Made by a program: the position numbers and the translations under genes. 64,000 bases of DNA from Scyliorhinus canicula (Eukaryota), in NCBI RefSeq assembly GCF_902713615.1, contig NW_024055461.1, forward strand, positions 4,040,940 to 4,104,939. The letters run 5' to 3'. Shown one piece after another: positions 1 through 12,554 of this stretch. The notes under the pieces are model-generated. The model had not been told where the DNA came from. It made no database searches and worked only from the letters and a program-made list of their open reading frames with translations. Numbering within the stretch: the first letter of the stretch is position 1; each line of letters begins with the position of its first letter.

Positions 1-541
1 GAACTCGACCCGCAGGATGCAGAGGCTAAAGAAATCTTCTCCCACTGAATCCAGTGCTTCAAGGCCTACCTGGCAGAAGCGAGCAGAGCCGAAACGACAG
101 AGGATCAGAAGATAAGTCTACTGCATGCGAGAGTGAGCCACAGAATCTCTACGCAACTAAACTCGGCCAGTTCATATACTGCGGCGCTATCAGTTCTCGA
201 TAAAATTTATGTAAGGCCTATTAATGAAGTTTACGCTCGCCAAGTGTTCACAACTCGCTGCCAGCGGCCTACATAATCACTCACAGAATTTCTAACGGAA
301 CTCTATAATTTGTCCAATGACTATAATTACCAAGCGGCTAGCGCAGCTGAACACAGGGAACATGCAGTACGCGACGTTTTTGTAGTGGGCCTCAAGTCTA
401 ACTATGTGCGCCACGGACTGCTGGAAAAGGGGGCCCACGATGGAGGTCTCCTTCCGCAGCCTTCACTCATTCCCCGCGGACCCCGTGACCCAATCATGGG
501 CCCCCGACCTGCGACTCCCCCAGGCCTGTGCTACGCGGTCG

Positions 542-2622
542 CCCAGCCACTATGCTGCCCCAGCCAGCCACTATGCTGCCCCAGCCACCGTGCTGCTCCA
601 GCCAGCCACTACGCTGCTCCAGCCAGCCACTATGCTGCTCCAGCCTGCCACGACGCTGCTCCAGCCAGCCACTATGCTGCTCCAGCCTGCCACGACGCTG
701 CTCCAGCCAGCCACTATGCTGCTCCAGCCAGCCACTACGCTGCTCCAGCCTGCCACTATGCTGCTCCAGCCAGCCACTACGCTGCTCCAGCCAGCCACCA
801 TGCTGCCCCAGCCAGCCACTACGCTGCTCCAGCCTGCCACTATGCTGCTCCAGCCAGCCACTACGCTGCTCCAGCCAGCCACTATGCTGCTCCAGCCAGC
901 CACTACGCTGCTCCAGCCAGCCACCATGCTGCCCCAGCCAGCCACTATGCTGCTCCAGCCAGCCACTACGCTGCTCCAGCCTGCCACTATGCTGCTCCAG
1001 CCAGCCACTACGCTGCTCCAGCCAGCCACCATGCTGCCCCAGCCAGCCACTACGCTGCTCCAGCCTGCCACTATGCTGCTCCAGCCAGCCACTACGCTGC
1101 TCCAGCCAGCCACTATGCTGCTCCAGCCAGCCACTACGCTGCTCCAGCCAGCCACCCATGCTGCCCCAGCCAGCCACTACGCTGCTCCAGCCAGCCACGA
1201 CGCTGCTCCAGCCAGCCACTATGCTGCTCCAGCCAGCCACTATGCTGCTCCAAGCCAGCCACTACGCTGCTCCAGCCAGCCACTATGCTGCTCCAGCCAG
1301 CCACTACGCTGCTCCAGCCAGCCACTATGCTGCTCCAGCCAGCCACTACGCTGCCCCAGCCAGCCACCATGCTGCCCCAGCCAGCCACTATGCTGCTCCA
1401 GCCAGCCACTATGCTGCCCCAGCCAGCCACTACGCTGCTCCAGCCAGCCACGACGCTGCTCCAGCCAGCACTATGCTGCTCCAGCCAGCCACTACGCTGC
1501 TCCAGCCAGCCACTACGCTGCTCCAGCCAGCCACTATGCTGCTCCAGCCAGCCACTATGCTGCTCCAGCCAGCCACTACGCTGCTCCAGCCAGCCACTAC
1601 GCTGCTCCAGCCAGCCACTATGCTGCTCCAGCCAGCCACTACGCTGCTCCAGCCAGCCACCATGCTGCCCCAGCCAGCCACTATGCTGCTCCAGCCAGCC
1701 ACTACGCTGCTCCAGCCAGCCACTATGCTGCTCCAGCCAGCCACTATGCTGCTCCAGCCAGCCACCATGCTGCCCCAGCCAGCCACCATGCTGCTCCAGC
1801 CAGCCACTATGCTGCCCCAGCCAGCCACTACGCTGCTCCAGCCAGCCACTATGCTGCTCCAGCCAGCCACTATGCTGCTCCAGCCAGCCACTATGCTGCT
1901 CCAGCCAGCCACCATGCTGCCCCAGCCAGCCACTATGCTGCTCCAGCCAGCCACTATGCGGCTCCAGCCAGCCACTACGCTGCTCCAGCCAGCCACATGC
2001 TGCTCCAGCCAGCCACTACGCTGCTTCAGCCATCACCATGCTGCTCCACCAGCCACTACGCTGCTCCAGCCAGCCACTACGCTGCTCAAGCCAGCCACTA
2101 TGCTGCTCCAGCCAGCCATACGCGCTCCAGCCAGCACATGCTGCCCAGCCAGCCACTACGCTGCTCCAGCCAGCCACTACGCTGCTCCCAGCAGCCACTA
2201 CGCTGCTCCAGCCAGCCACTATGCTGCTCCAGCCAGCCACTATGCTGCTCCAGCCAGCCACTACGCTGCTCCAGCCAGCCACTACGCTGCTCCAGCCAGC
2301 CTACTACGCTGCTCCAGCCAGCCACTACCGCTGCTCCCAGCCAGCCAACTACGCTGCTCCAGCCAGCCCCATGCTGCCCCAGCCAGCCACTACGCTGCTC
2401 CAGCCAGCATACGCTGCTCCCGCCAGCACTACGCTGCTCCAGCAGCCACTACGCTGCTCCAGCCGCCACTGATGCGCTCCAGCCAGCCACTATGCTGCTC
2501 CAGCCAGCCACCTACGGCTGCTCCAGCCAGCCACCTATGCTGCTCCAGCACAAGCCACGTATGCTGCCTCCAGCCAGCCAGCTATGCTGCTCCAGCCAGC
2601 CACTTATGCCCTCCAGCCTGCC
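542..2622 (+). repeat. 21-bp tandem repeat (CCAGCCAGCCACTATGCTGCT)n, about 100 units, inside gag
   Basis: Directly visible. It produces the PASHYAA / QPATMLL / SSQPLCC repeats in the three plus frames, so the 720-937 aa ORFs are repeat artefacts. Confidence 0.97.
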
Positions 2623-5184
2623 ATTTTCTGCGGCCAGAACCAGCACCCGCGGCGGCACTGCAGGCCCGCAACGCGACTTGCGCGAGCTGCGGGCGAAAAG
2701 GCCATTACGCAAGAGTGTGCCTGCTAAAAGGGCCCAGCTTGCAACTCCCAGCGACTCAAAGTAATCGCTCCCCTCATTCAGCAAGGACAAGAGGGCCCGA
2801 AACGCTGCAGCCTATGCCCCGACTCCGCCCCTCCAGCCACGTGCGATCCGTGGGGGCCGCCATCTTGGAAAACCTCCACCACGTGGCAGGCCACTGTGCC
2901 ACTCGATGGGGGCCGCCATCTTGGACCGCCATCTTCCTCGCCGCCCGCCACATGCGATCCACGGGCCCGATCGGCCATCTCCGCGCTTCGGAAAACTCTG
3001 TGGAAGAATTCGAATGCGACTATGAACTCAGAGGGCAGTCATCACGGGCCACTCCAGCACAGTTGATCGAGCCGCCGACTACCCGCAACTCAGCGCGGTC
3101 ACTCTGGACCAATCACGACCAAAGAATCTACAAACTCGATGGCAGAGGTCCATATCAACGGGTACAAAACGCCTTGCCTCTTCGACTCCGGGAGCCACGG
3201 AGAGCTTCATACAATCCAGACCTGGTAAGACGCTGTTCGCTCCCAGTTTTCCCGTGTCGCAAACTATCTCGCTCGCTTCAGGCTCCCATTCGGTCCAGAT
3301 TCAGGGGCGCACCCACTGACACTCACAATCCGAGGCTCTAGCTACTCGAAATTCAAACTCTACGTTTTGCCCGAACTCTGCACGCCACTCTTATTAAGCC
3401 TAGACTTCCAATGTCACCTCAAGAGCCTCACCCTCAGCTTCGGAGGGCCCCTGCCCCCACTCAGGATCTGGAGCCTTGCTATGCTGTGAATCCCCCTCTT
3501 CTCTTCGCCAATCTCACAAAAATACCAACAAGCAAGTGTCTTGGGACTCTAACCCTAACCCTAACTTTTAGACTTTTTCTCCATTGTACATGAGCAATCT
3601 GGACTGGCAAAGCACGGAATGTCTCTGCAATGAGGTTACATCATAAGGTGATGATGGGAAAGGCTAGGGAATTAAGTCATTGTAAACCTGTAGCCACTCG
3701 TAGCAGGCGGTATAGCCTGCAGGATAGGGTATTTGTCAGAGCAGAGGTCAGGTGGTGGTCGTTAAGACCGAGGACAAATTCCGTATGGTGGTCGAATACA
3801 GTCAGACCATAAATAGATTGATGCTCCTCGACGCGTATCCCCTCCCCAGGATTACAGACATGGTAAACCAGATCGCCCAGTACCGGCTCTTTTCTACGGT
3901 AGATCTGAAGTTTGCATACCACCAGCTCCTAATCCGCCCGGAGGACCGCCACTGCATGTTATTAGAGGCCGATGGCCGCCTCTTCCATTTCCTCCGGCTC
4001 CCTTTCGGCGTCACTAATGGTGTCTCGGTGTTCCAACAAGCAATGGACCGAATGGTGGACCAGTACGGGCTGCGGGCCACGTTTCCGTACTTGGACAATG
4101 TCACCATCTTTGGCTATGACCAGCAGGTCCAAGACACCAACCTCCACCGTTTTCTCCAGACGGCACAGAAACTGAATCTCACGTACAACAAGGAGAAATG
4201 CGTTTTCCGCACAACCAGACTAGCTATACCTCGGCTAAGTCATGGAAAACGGAGTCCTGGGCCCAGACCCGGACCGTATGCGGCCCCTCTTAGAACTCCC
4301 CGTCCCCCATTGCCCAAAGGCCCTCAAACGGTGCTTGGGCTTCTTTTCCCTACTCGCCCAGTGGGTCCCTCAATATGCGGACAAAGCCCGCCCACTCTTT
4401 AGGGCCACACGATTTCCCCTGTCAGCCGAGGCAGCCAGGCCTTCGACGGCATCAAGGAGGACATCGCCAAAGCGGTCATGTGGGCGGTGGCTGAATGCAC
4501 TCCATTTCAGGTAGAGAGCGACGCCTCAGAAGGTCGCTCTTGCAGCCACGTTAAATCAGCAGGGAAACCAGTTGCATTTTTCTCCCGTACCCTCTCCGCT
4601 TCAGAACTCCGACACTCTTCTGTCGAGAAAGAAGCACAAGCCATTGTGGAGGCTATCCGTCACTGGAGGCACTACCTCGCAGATAGGAGGTTAACCTCAT
4701 CACCGACCAAAGATCGGTTGCCTTCATGTTCAACAACTCGCAAAGGGGCAAAATTAAAAACGACAAAATTCTGAGGTGGAGGATCGAACTCTGCACATAA
4801 TTACGATATCGACCCGGGAAGCTCAACAAGCCTCCGGATGCCCTATCCTGCGGGACATGCGCCAGCGCGCAGATCGACCGATTAAAAGTCATCCACAATG
4901 ACCTCTGCCACCGGGGTTACCATGGCTCGCCCACTACATCAGGGTCCGAAACCTGCCTTTCTCCAAAGAGGAGGTAAAAGCGTCACCAGGGACTGCCCGA
5001 TCTGTGCGGAGTGCAAACCACACTTCTATAGACCAGACAGGGCCCACCTGGTCAAGGCTTCTAGGCCATTTGAACGCCTCGCGATTGATTTCAAAGGGCA
5101 CCCCTCACACTAACAAGAATGTTTACTTTTTAACGCTGTAGACGAGTTTTCCCGTTTCCCATTCGCTATCCCGTTGCCCGACAT

Positions 5185-5310
5185 GAAATGAATGAAATGA
5201 AATGAAAAATGAAAGGAAATGAAATGAAAATCGCTTATGTCACGAGTAGGCTTCAATGAAGTTACTGTGAAAAGCCGCTAGTCGCACATTCCGGCGCCTG
5301 TCGGGAGCGG
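5185..5310 (-). mobile_element. SINE 3' fragment with (TTTCA)n tail, inserted in the Gypsy integrase
   Basis: (GAAAT)n run plus aagttactgtgaaaagcc...cacattccggcgcctg, shared with the SINE copies at 26070 and 61850. Confidence 0.8.
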
Positions 5311-6209
5311 ACCTCCATGACCTCCCACACAGTCAATAGGGGCTCTGCATAGCATCTTCATCCTGTTGGTTCCCCCAGCTACGTACACAGCGCCGGGGTT
5401 CGTCCTTCATGATCGACGAGCTGCCTCTGTTCCTGCTCGTCAAGGGCATTGCCTCGAGCAGGACTACCAGCTACAACTCCAGGGGGACGGGCAGGTAGAA
5501 AGGGAGAACGTGACGGTCTGGAAGACCGTCCTACTGACCCTGCGGTCTAGAAAGGTCCATGTCTCCCAGTGGCAGGAGGTACTCCCAGACCCCGCTCCAC
5601 GCTATTAGGTCCCTTTTGTGCACGGCGACCAACCAGACCCCTCACGAGAGGCTCTTCATTTTTTCCCAGGGGCACTACCACGGGGGTCTCACTTCCGGCA
5701 TGGCTGAGGACGCCGGGCCCCGTACTTCTGAGGAAACATATCAGGGCACACAAACCGACCCCTTGTTGAAAAGGTGCGCCTGCTCCACTCCAACCCCAGT
5801 ATACATTCGTCGAGTTCCCTGACGGCCGTCAGGACACGGTATCCCTCCGGGATCTGGCACCCGCCAGATCCAGCATCCCCTCTACCCCCACAGAAAGACC
5901 TCTCACCCTACACACCCATGCTGTCCGCCCCCTCGCGCTCCCGAGTGCTCGAGTTCGCTCCACCAGTTCCGCGCACCCACGCCGGCCAGCCCCCAGCGCC
6001 CCCAGTCCATGGTCGAACCAGAAGAGTATGAAGCCGGACACAACCCTCCCTGGAGTCCGCCATCATACCCCAGCACACAACACCCATCCAGCCTCCGCAA
6101 GAGGCTGCGACCCCGGGCTCCGCAGATCACGCGGGAAGTTCGACCCCAGGACAGACTTACTTGGTAGGCCACCACCCCCGCTGGACTTGATTTTTGTGCA
6201 GGGGATGAA

Positions 6210-6502
6210 TGTGGTGAATGTAACTTAGTAATTCACACTGTAGTTACCAATACCATTGTAAGCGCAGTAGCGTTATCAACCACTAGGGGGAGTAGGTTTG
6301 GGAATGCTCAGGCGTTTGTACATGGCTCCACCATTGCTCCGCCCACGACGCCTTCTCCTGGACTACTGTATAAATCCCCTTGTACAGAGCCAGCCTGCAG
6401 TGCATCGAGAGTTCAACGGGTAACAGGCTGGCCTCTGTAGTAAGTAGATTAAAACCACGTTCATATCTTAAAGCACATGTCTAGTGAATGATGGTTCCAT
6501 CA
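6210..6502 (+). mobile_element. 3' LTR of the Gypsy element
   Basis: Starts TGTGG directly after purine-rich AGGGGATGAA and ends CCATCA. Contains TATAAAT (about 6369) and ATTAAA (about 6449). Confidence 0.75.
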
Positions 6503-6864
6503 CCTGTGTGCTTACTGGTCATCCTGTGCGTCAATCACTGCCTGTCTGCACTCCATTATACATAGATGTATATTATGACATTCTGGTTCAGTTAGGAAGG
6601 TTCCCTACACTTTTGCTGGGACTTGCTGATTTTGGTCTTTTATTTTGACTGGACCACATGCTGGGAAAGCAAGAGAGGAAAGAAGGTTCGATAGAAACTA
6701 GAATGATCTATTTGATTTCTATCCTATTCTTGCAGTGATCATTTTTGGAAACTTCTATTTCAGGCATTAGAAACGGGAGGATTGGCAGCTGGCCAACTGG
6801 AACCAAATATAACATCAAGATCTGGCAGTCACTCATTCATTAGCATCTAAATATCAAACTGTCA

Positions 6865-7012
6865 ATGTGTTTGTCTGTTCTGACTGTGGGAAGAGATTTC
6901 AAACATCAGTGTGACGGAAAAGCCCCGAGACCACACACACACCTGAGTGGGAGTGTTCCAGTGACTGAACTGTGGAAAGAGCTCAACCAGTTATACTGCC
7001 TGAAAAATCATC
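6865..7012 (+). pseudogene. Relic of C2H2 zinc-finger array (about two degenerate fingers)
   Basis: TGTTCTGACTGTGGGAAGAGATTT reads CSDCGKRF; a second degenerate C..CGKS.NQL..LK.H unit follows. Frameshifted and truncated by a CR1 fragment. Confidence 0.5.
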
Positions 7013-7813
7013 TTGTTTCCTCTTGTGGGAGAATCTGGGACCAGAGGGCATAATTTCAGAGTAAGGACTCTCAAATTTAGGACAGAGACGAGGGAAGCCA
7101 TTCTCCCATCAGAGGGTAGTGAATCTGTGGCATTCTTTCGCTGGCATTCTGTCTCTGGAGTTTACCAAAAAAAGTCAGAGGCGAAGTTGGCATTAACCGG
7201 ATGGGCCACTGGGTGCGCAGTGGCTCTTTCATCGAGGGGCCTTGAGTTCAGACACATCCCAGACAGGGACTGGTGAGAAATATCTGTCTGGGAAAGGGGA
7301 GAAAGGATCAGTGCCGTGGACCTGAGAGAAAGGAGTTCAGCAAGTCTATTTTCTTCATTTTCAATTCAATATTTATTAAAAATTCAGAGAAATATTACAC
7401 AAACGCTTATTTTGAAGTTAACAAAAGGGACATAATGATTGAGGGTCACACTGAGATGAGAACACATGCCCTCTGAGCTGCCAAATGTATTACAACTGTG
7501 ACAGGCACAAGAAAGGGAACATGAGCTCAACATAAAGGGAAGGTACAGTTGTGAATAAGGAACGTGATAAGTTATTTATTTATACAAGGCATTGAGGGAA
7601 TTGATTAGCTACAATTACATTACAGCCAAAATTATCTCATACATTTCAAATGAAAATAGAAATACTGTCCATGATTGTCTCAGTTACCGATGCAGAATAA
7701 TAAAGGGGATGATTTTACTGTTCGAGTCACCAAGAGGAGATATTGTATTTGTGGTCACACACAGATCATAATAAACAGCTGAGGAAAATCTACAGCGTCC
7801 GAACGTCAACCGA

Positions 7814-7822
7814 TCACTTGAT
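7814..7822 (-). CDS. IGHM: IgM TM2 exon coding part (I-K-stop)
   Basis: Minus strand reads tttctctctcttttacag|ATC AAG TGA, about 140 bp downstream of the TM1 donor. Confidence 0.8.
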   Translation of the reverse strand: MK

Positions 7823-7961
7823 CTGTAAAAGAGAGAGAAAATTATGAAGCAGATGTTTACGATCTGTGACATTGATGTTAAAGTTTTTAATCAATCAAAC
7901 ATTAGAGATGTTTTAAACGGTTTCTGTCAGTTTGAAGTGTGAGTGGATTGAATCTTCTCAC

Positions 7962-8087
7962 CTTCACCAGAGTGACTGCAGCGCTGTAGGACATGCTCAG
8001 GAAGAACAGGGTGATGAATGTGGAGCGGTTGCCCAGATGTTCCGTTATCATCCTCATTGTCTTCAGTCCAGGTGTGGTCTGTGGCAT
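7962..8087 (-). pseudogene. IGHM: IgM TM1 (transmembrane) exon, frameshifted as written by two 1-bp deletions
   Basis: Acceptor ag at 8088-8089 and donor GTGAG at 7957-7961. Reads DATDHTWTEDNEDDNG, then in shifted frames (N)IWAT(A)STFITLFFLSMSYSAAVTLVK, the Ig CART-type TM motif. Exon is 126 nt where 128 nt would preserve phase. Confidence 0.88.
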
Positions 8088-8254
8088 CTACGGCGATAGA
8101 GCCAAATAAATATAATCAGATTGTTATTAATACAGGATATTATTTTATATTCTCGTTTTATTTCTTAAGGCTGATCATTCATTCTTTAATATTTTTCTTG
8201 CATATCTACTGTTGAGTTTGTGACACTCAGAAATTGATCTCTCTTACTTTTTTT

Positions 8255-8445
8255 CTAGTTAAAGGGGCAATTAAGCGTGCCCAATCCACCTACCCTGCAC
8301 ATCTTTGGGTTGTGGGGTGAGACCCACTGGTCACGGGAAGAATGTGTAAACTCCACTGGGACCCAGACCCAGGAGCGGGATCAAAGCGAGATCCTTAGCG
8401 CCGTGAAGTAGCAGTGCTAACCACTATGCCACCGTGCTGCACTTG
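8255..8445 (-). mobile_element. V-SINE/HE1-like SINE fragment
   Basis: Reverse complement of the gcacggtggcatagtggttagcactgct...gatgtgcagggtaggtggattgg...aattgcccc core seen in the other copies. Confidence 0.8.
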
Positions 8446-9205
8446 CCTGACGTTTGAGTTTTTTCTTCAGCATTTGTGTCGGTGTAGATTTTAAATTTCT
8501 GTTTTGGTTTGCTCCTCTGTTGTGTGTCCAAATGTCTGTGTAGGTTCACTGTGTGTTCATTCTGTCAATGAACATGGCATGCCAATGAACATGCCATGGC
8601 AACCTCTGCAAGACGTGCCAGATCATCGACATAGACACCACCATTAAATGTGATAAAACCACCCATCAGGTACATTGTACATACTCGTACTACTCGGCCA
8701 ACGTTGTCTACCTCATACGCTGTAGGAAAGGGACGTCCCAAAGCGTGGTACATTGGCAAGACCATGCAGACCCTGCGAGAACAAATGTATGGGCATCGCG
8801 CGACAATCACCAGGCAGGAATGTTCCCTTCCAGTCGGGGAACACTACAGCAATCAAAGGCATTCAGCCTCTGATCTCCGGGTAACCGTTCTGAAGTCGGC
8901 CATCAGGACACGCGGCAACGCAGAATTGCCGAGCAGAAACTAATAGCCAAGTTCCGCACACATGAGTGCGACCTCAACCAGGATCTTGGATTCATGTCGC
9001 ATTACATTCATCCCCCACCATCTGCCCTGGGCTTGCGGAATCCTACAAACTGTTCTGGCTTGAGACAATTCACACCTCTTTAACCTGGGGTTACCCCTCT
9101 CTCTGGATCTGTAAAGACTTAATTACCTGAAAATGCTCGCATTCTGAGCATTGTCTTGCATCTTTGAATTCGTCTATATATATGTTTCTGGAACATACCT
9201 CTTCA

Positions 9206-9252
9206 TTCATTCACCTGAGGAGGGGGCTGTGCTCCGAAAGCTCGTGTTTGAA
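9206..9252 (+). ncRNA. Minimal type-I hammerhead ribozyme in Penelope pseudo-LTR (copy 1)
   Basis: Sequence TTCA-TT-CAC CTGAGGA G GGGGC TGT GCTCC GAAA GC TC GTG-TT-TGAA. Core CUGANGA/GAAA, stem II, palindromic AGCU in place of stem III, and stem I CAC/GTG extended by TTCA/TGAA. Confidence 0.75.
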
Positions 9253-12164
9253 ACAAACCTTTTGGACTTTAACCTGGTGTTGTAAGACTTCTTACTGTGC
9301 TCACCCCAGTCCAACGCCGGCGTCTCCACATCATGGCTGCCGTGTACACCGCAAACTGCCAGCTCAAAGTGGAGAGGATCTCCAGGACGATCGTGCATAT
9401 AGACACTGACGTTAAGTTTCTACAAAGATGCAAGAAAGCAGTCAAGATCCCAAAAGGGCCACAGATCACAAACCCAGTCAAGTCGACCTGCAATACAGCA
9501 CAGACTACACTGCGAGACTCTGCCATCGCACCTCTCTCACACTCCTCAACCACCTCGAACGCCAGCTCTACAGCAGACGACGCAACCTGGAAACCAAGAT
9601 AGAGGCCATATTCTCAACTTGTGCTCAGGAAGCAGCAGACGAGCTGCGGAGCACCGCCAAACAGATGGGACAACGATACTATGCCACCTATATGCACATC
9701 AAGAACAGGAAGCTTGAGAAACCCGGCATCACCACCAGCAGCAACCAAGCCTCTCTCGGGACCACAGTACAAAACCATACAGGGAAATCTATTGTCAACT
9801 TGTCGGACTACACCCTTCAACCAGACGAAATGAAGTCCTCAGCAGAGGGCTCAATTTCTGCGCCTCCACCAAAATGGACCCCATCAGTCTCGCGGCAGAC
9901 ACGGAGGAACTCATCAGGTGAATGAGGCTCCGGGAATTCTTCCACAGACCTCACGTGGCCAACAGCGAACCCGAAGAGACGACCAATGAACCGGAACAGC
10001 AGACCGAGAGATCTGCGGTGCGGCAACTGAAGAGGAAAGAGTCGAATTGGACCCCTCTGGAAGGCCACTGCCCTAGAGTTGACATGTATGCTCAAGCTGT
10101 GAGGAGTCGCATCAATGCCAGATTCATCAGTCGCATTCACAAGACAGCCCTGAACGTCACCCAAGCACAATGCAAAACCATCCGCGCTCTCATGGCCAAC
10201 CGTAACATTGTTATCTAACCAGTAGACAAAGGAGGGGCAACCGTCATACTGAATAGAACGGACTACTGCAAAGAAGTATACCAACAACTCAACAACCAGG
10301 AACACTACAGACAGTTACCCTATATCCGACCAAGGAACACATCCGCCAACTCAACAGACTGATCAAGACCTTGGATCCAGACCTTCAGAGCACCCTACGT
10401 GCTCTCATTCCACTTACTGCCCGCATTGGAGATCTCTACTGCCTCCCGAAAATACACAAGGCCAACACACCAGGCCGTCCTATCGTTTTAGGCAATGGGA
10501 CCCTGTGTGAGACCCTCCCTGGCTATATCGAGGGCATCTTGAAACCCAGCGTACAAGATGGACACAACGGACTTCGTACAGAAACTCAGCACCCCTGGAC
10601 CAGTTGAACAAGGAACATTCCTCGTCACAATGGACATCTCGGCACTCTACACCAGCATCCCCATGATGATGGCATTGCTGCAACAGCCTCAGTACACAAC
10701 ACCGAGAACTGTCAATCTCCAGACGCAATTCTGCAACTCATCCGCTTCATTCTGGATCACAACGTCTTCACCTTCGACAACAAGTTCTTCATCAAGATGA
10801 ACGGAACAGCCATGGGGAGCAAATTTGCACATCAATACGCAAACATCTTCATGCATAAGTTTCAACAAGACCTCCTCACCACACAGGACCTTCAACCGAC
10901 ATTATACACCAGAGACATTGATGACATTTTTTTCCTTTGGACCCACGGCGAGGAATCACTGAAACGACGACACTATGACATCAATAAGTTCCAACCCACC
11001 ATCAGACACACCATGGAATACTCTCCAAAATCAGTTGCATTCTTGGACACACTCATCTCCAACATGGGCGGTCACCTCAGCACTTCGCTTTACTGCAAGC
11101 CCACGGATAACCTCATGATGCTCCACTTCTCCAGCTTCCACCCTAAACACATTAAAGAAGCCATCCCCTATGGACAAGCCCTCCGTATATACAGGATCTG
11201 CTCAGACACGGAGGAGAGTAACAGATATCCACAGACGCTGAAGGATGCCGTTGTATGAACGGGATATGGCGCTCGACTCATCGATCGACAGTACCAACGC
11301 GCCACAGCAAAAAACCGCACCAACCTCCTCAGAAGACAAACATGGGACACAACCGACAGAGTACCCTTCATCGTCCAGTACATTCCCGGAGCAAAGAAAC
11401 CAAGAAATCTTCTTCGCAGTCTTCAAGACATCATCGTTGAAGATGAACATCTTGCCACGTTTATCCCCACACAACCACTACTAGCCTTCAAACAACCGCA
11501 CAACCGCAAACAAGCCATTATTTGCAGCAAACTACCCAGCCTTCAGAACAGCGAAAACGACACCACACAATCCTACCATGGCAATCTCTGCAAGACGTGC
11601 CAGATCATCGACATGGATACCACCATTACACATGAGAACACCACCCACCAGGTACGCGGTACATACTCGTGTGACTCGGCCAACGTTGTCGACCCCATAC
11701 GCTGCAGGAAAGGATGTCCCGAAGCGTGGTACATTGGCGACACCATGCAGACACTGCGACAACGAATTAACGGGCATTGCACGACAATCACCAGGTAGGA
11801 ATGTTCCCTTCCAGTCGGGGAACACTTCAGCAGTCAAGGGCATTCAGCCTCTGATCTCCGGGTAAGCGTTCTCCAAGGCAGCCTTCAGGACACGCGGCAA
11901 CGCAGAATCGCCGAGCAGAAACTAATAGCCAAGTTCCGCACACATGAGTGCGGCCTCAACCGGGACATGGGATTCATGTCGCACTACATTCATCCCCCAC
12001 CATCTGGCCTGGGCTTGCTAAATCCTACCAATTCACACCTCTTTAACCTGGAGATACCCCTATCTCTGGATCTGTAAAGATTTAATTACCTGCAAATGCT
12101 CGCATTCAAAGCATTGTCTTGCATCTTTGAATTTGTCTATATATATGGTTCTGGAACATACCCC

Positions 12165-12211
12165 TTCATTCACCTGAGGAAGGAGCAGTGCTTCGAAAGC
12201 TCGTGTTTGAA
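12165..12211 (+). ncRNA. Minimal type-I hammerhead ribozyme in Penelope 3' end (copy 2)
   Basis: TTCATTCAC CTGAGGA A GGAGC AGT GCTTC GAAA GCTC GTGTTTGAA. Confidence 0.75.
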
Positions 12212-12554
12212 ACAAACCTGTTGGACTTTAACCTGCTGTTATAAGACTTCTTACATTGTGTAAATGAGTATTGATCTGTGTATTTGGGTGTCAGCGCCTG
12301 AGAGTATACTTTGTTTATCCTCTGTCAATGTGTATGTATGAGTGTTTTATTGTTTGTGTTGAAATCTATGTTTATATATTATTGCCTGTGTTAATATGTG
12401 TTTAAACTTTCCTGCCCAGTAATATATGTGTTAATATGTCTTTTTGCCTTCAACTTGCATGTCAGTGTCTTAATGTTTGTGTCTGGATAAGTGCGTTTGT
12501 GTGTGTGTGTTTGACTGTGTGTTTGTTAATGCGTGTATTTCAGCATACAATTAT

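Larger units (their letters stand above)
1..6502 (+). mobile_element. Degenerate Ty3/Gypsy LTR retrotransposon; the 5' LTR lies outside the window
   Basis: Gag-like frame 1 from base 1 with stops. CCHC knuckle CASCGRKGHYARVC at 2679-2720. Protease-like CLFDSG near 3175. RT segments (FRMVVEYSQTINR, LDAYPLP, PFGVTNG, YLDNV) at 3752-4400. RNase H (VESDAS, PVAFFSRTL, EKEAQA) at 4478-4790. Integrase (CPICAEC, PFERLAIDFKG, GQVEREN) at 4900-5750. PPT followed by a TG...CA LTR. Confidence 0.93.
8587..12256 (+). mobile_element. Penelope-like retroelement with upstream tandem partial copy (pseudo-LTR); ORF from ATG 9333 is frameshifted
   Basis: 8587-9295 duplicates 11580-12256. RT motifs LYCLPKIHK, PGRPIV, FLVTMDISALY, GTAMGSKFA, YTRDIDDIFFLW, FLDTLI. 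C-terminal GIY-YIG-type segment (NVV..IRC..GCPEAWYIGDTMQTLRQRINGH). Confidence 0.92.

Noticed and set aside
310-3341. Very long ORFs (720, 786 and 937 aa, plus antisense) as novel repeat proteins
   Set aside because: They result from a stop-free 21-bp tandem repeat inside a dead Gypsy gag.
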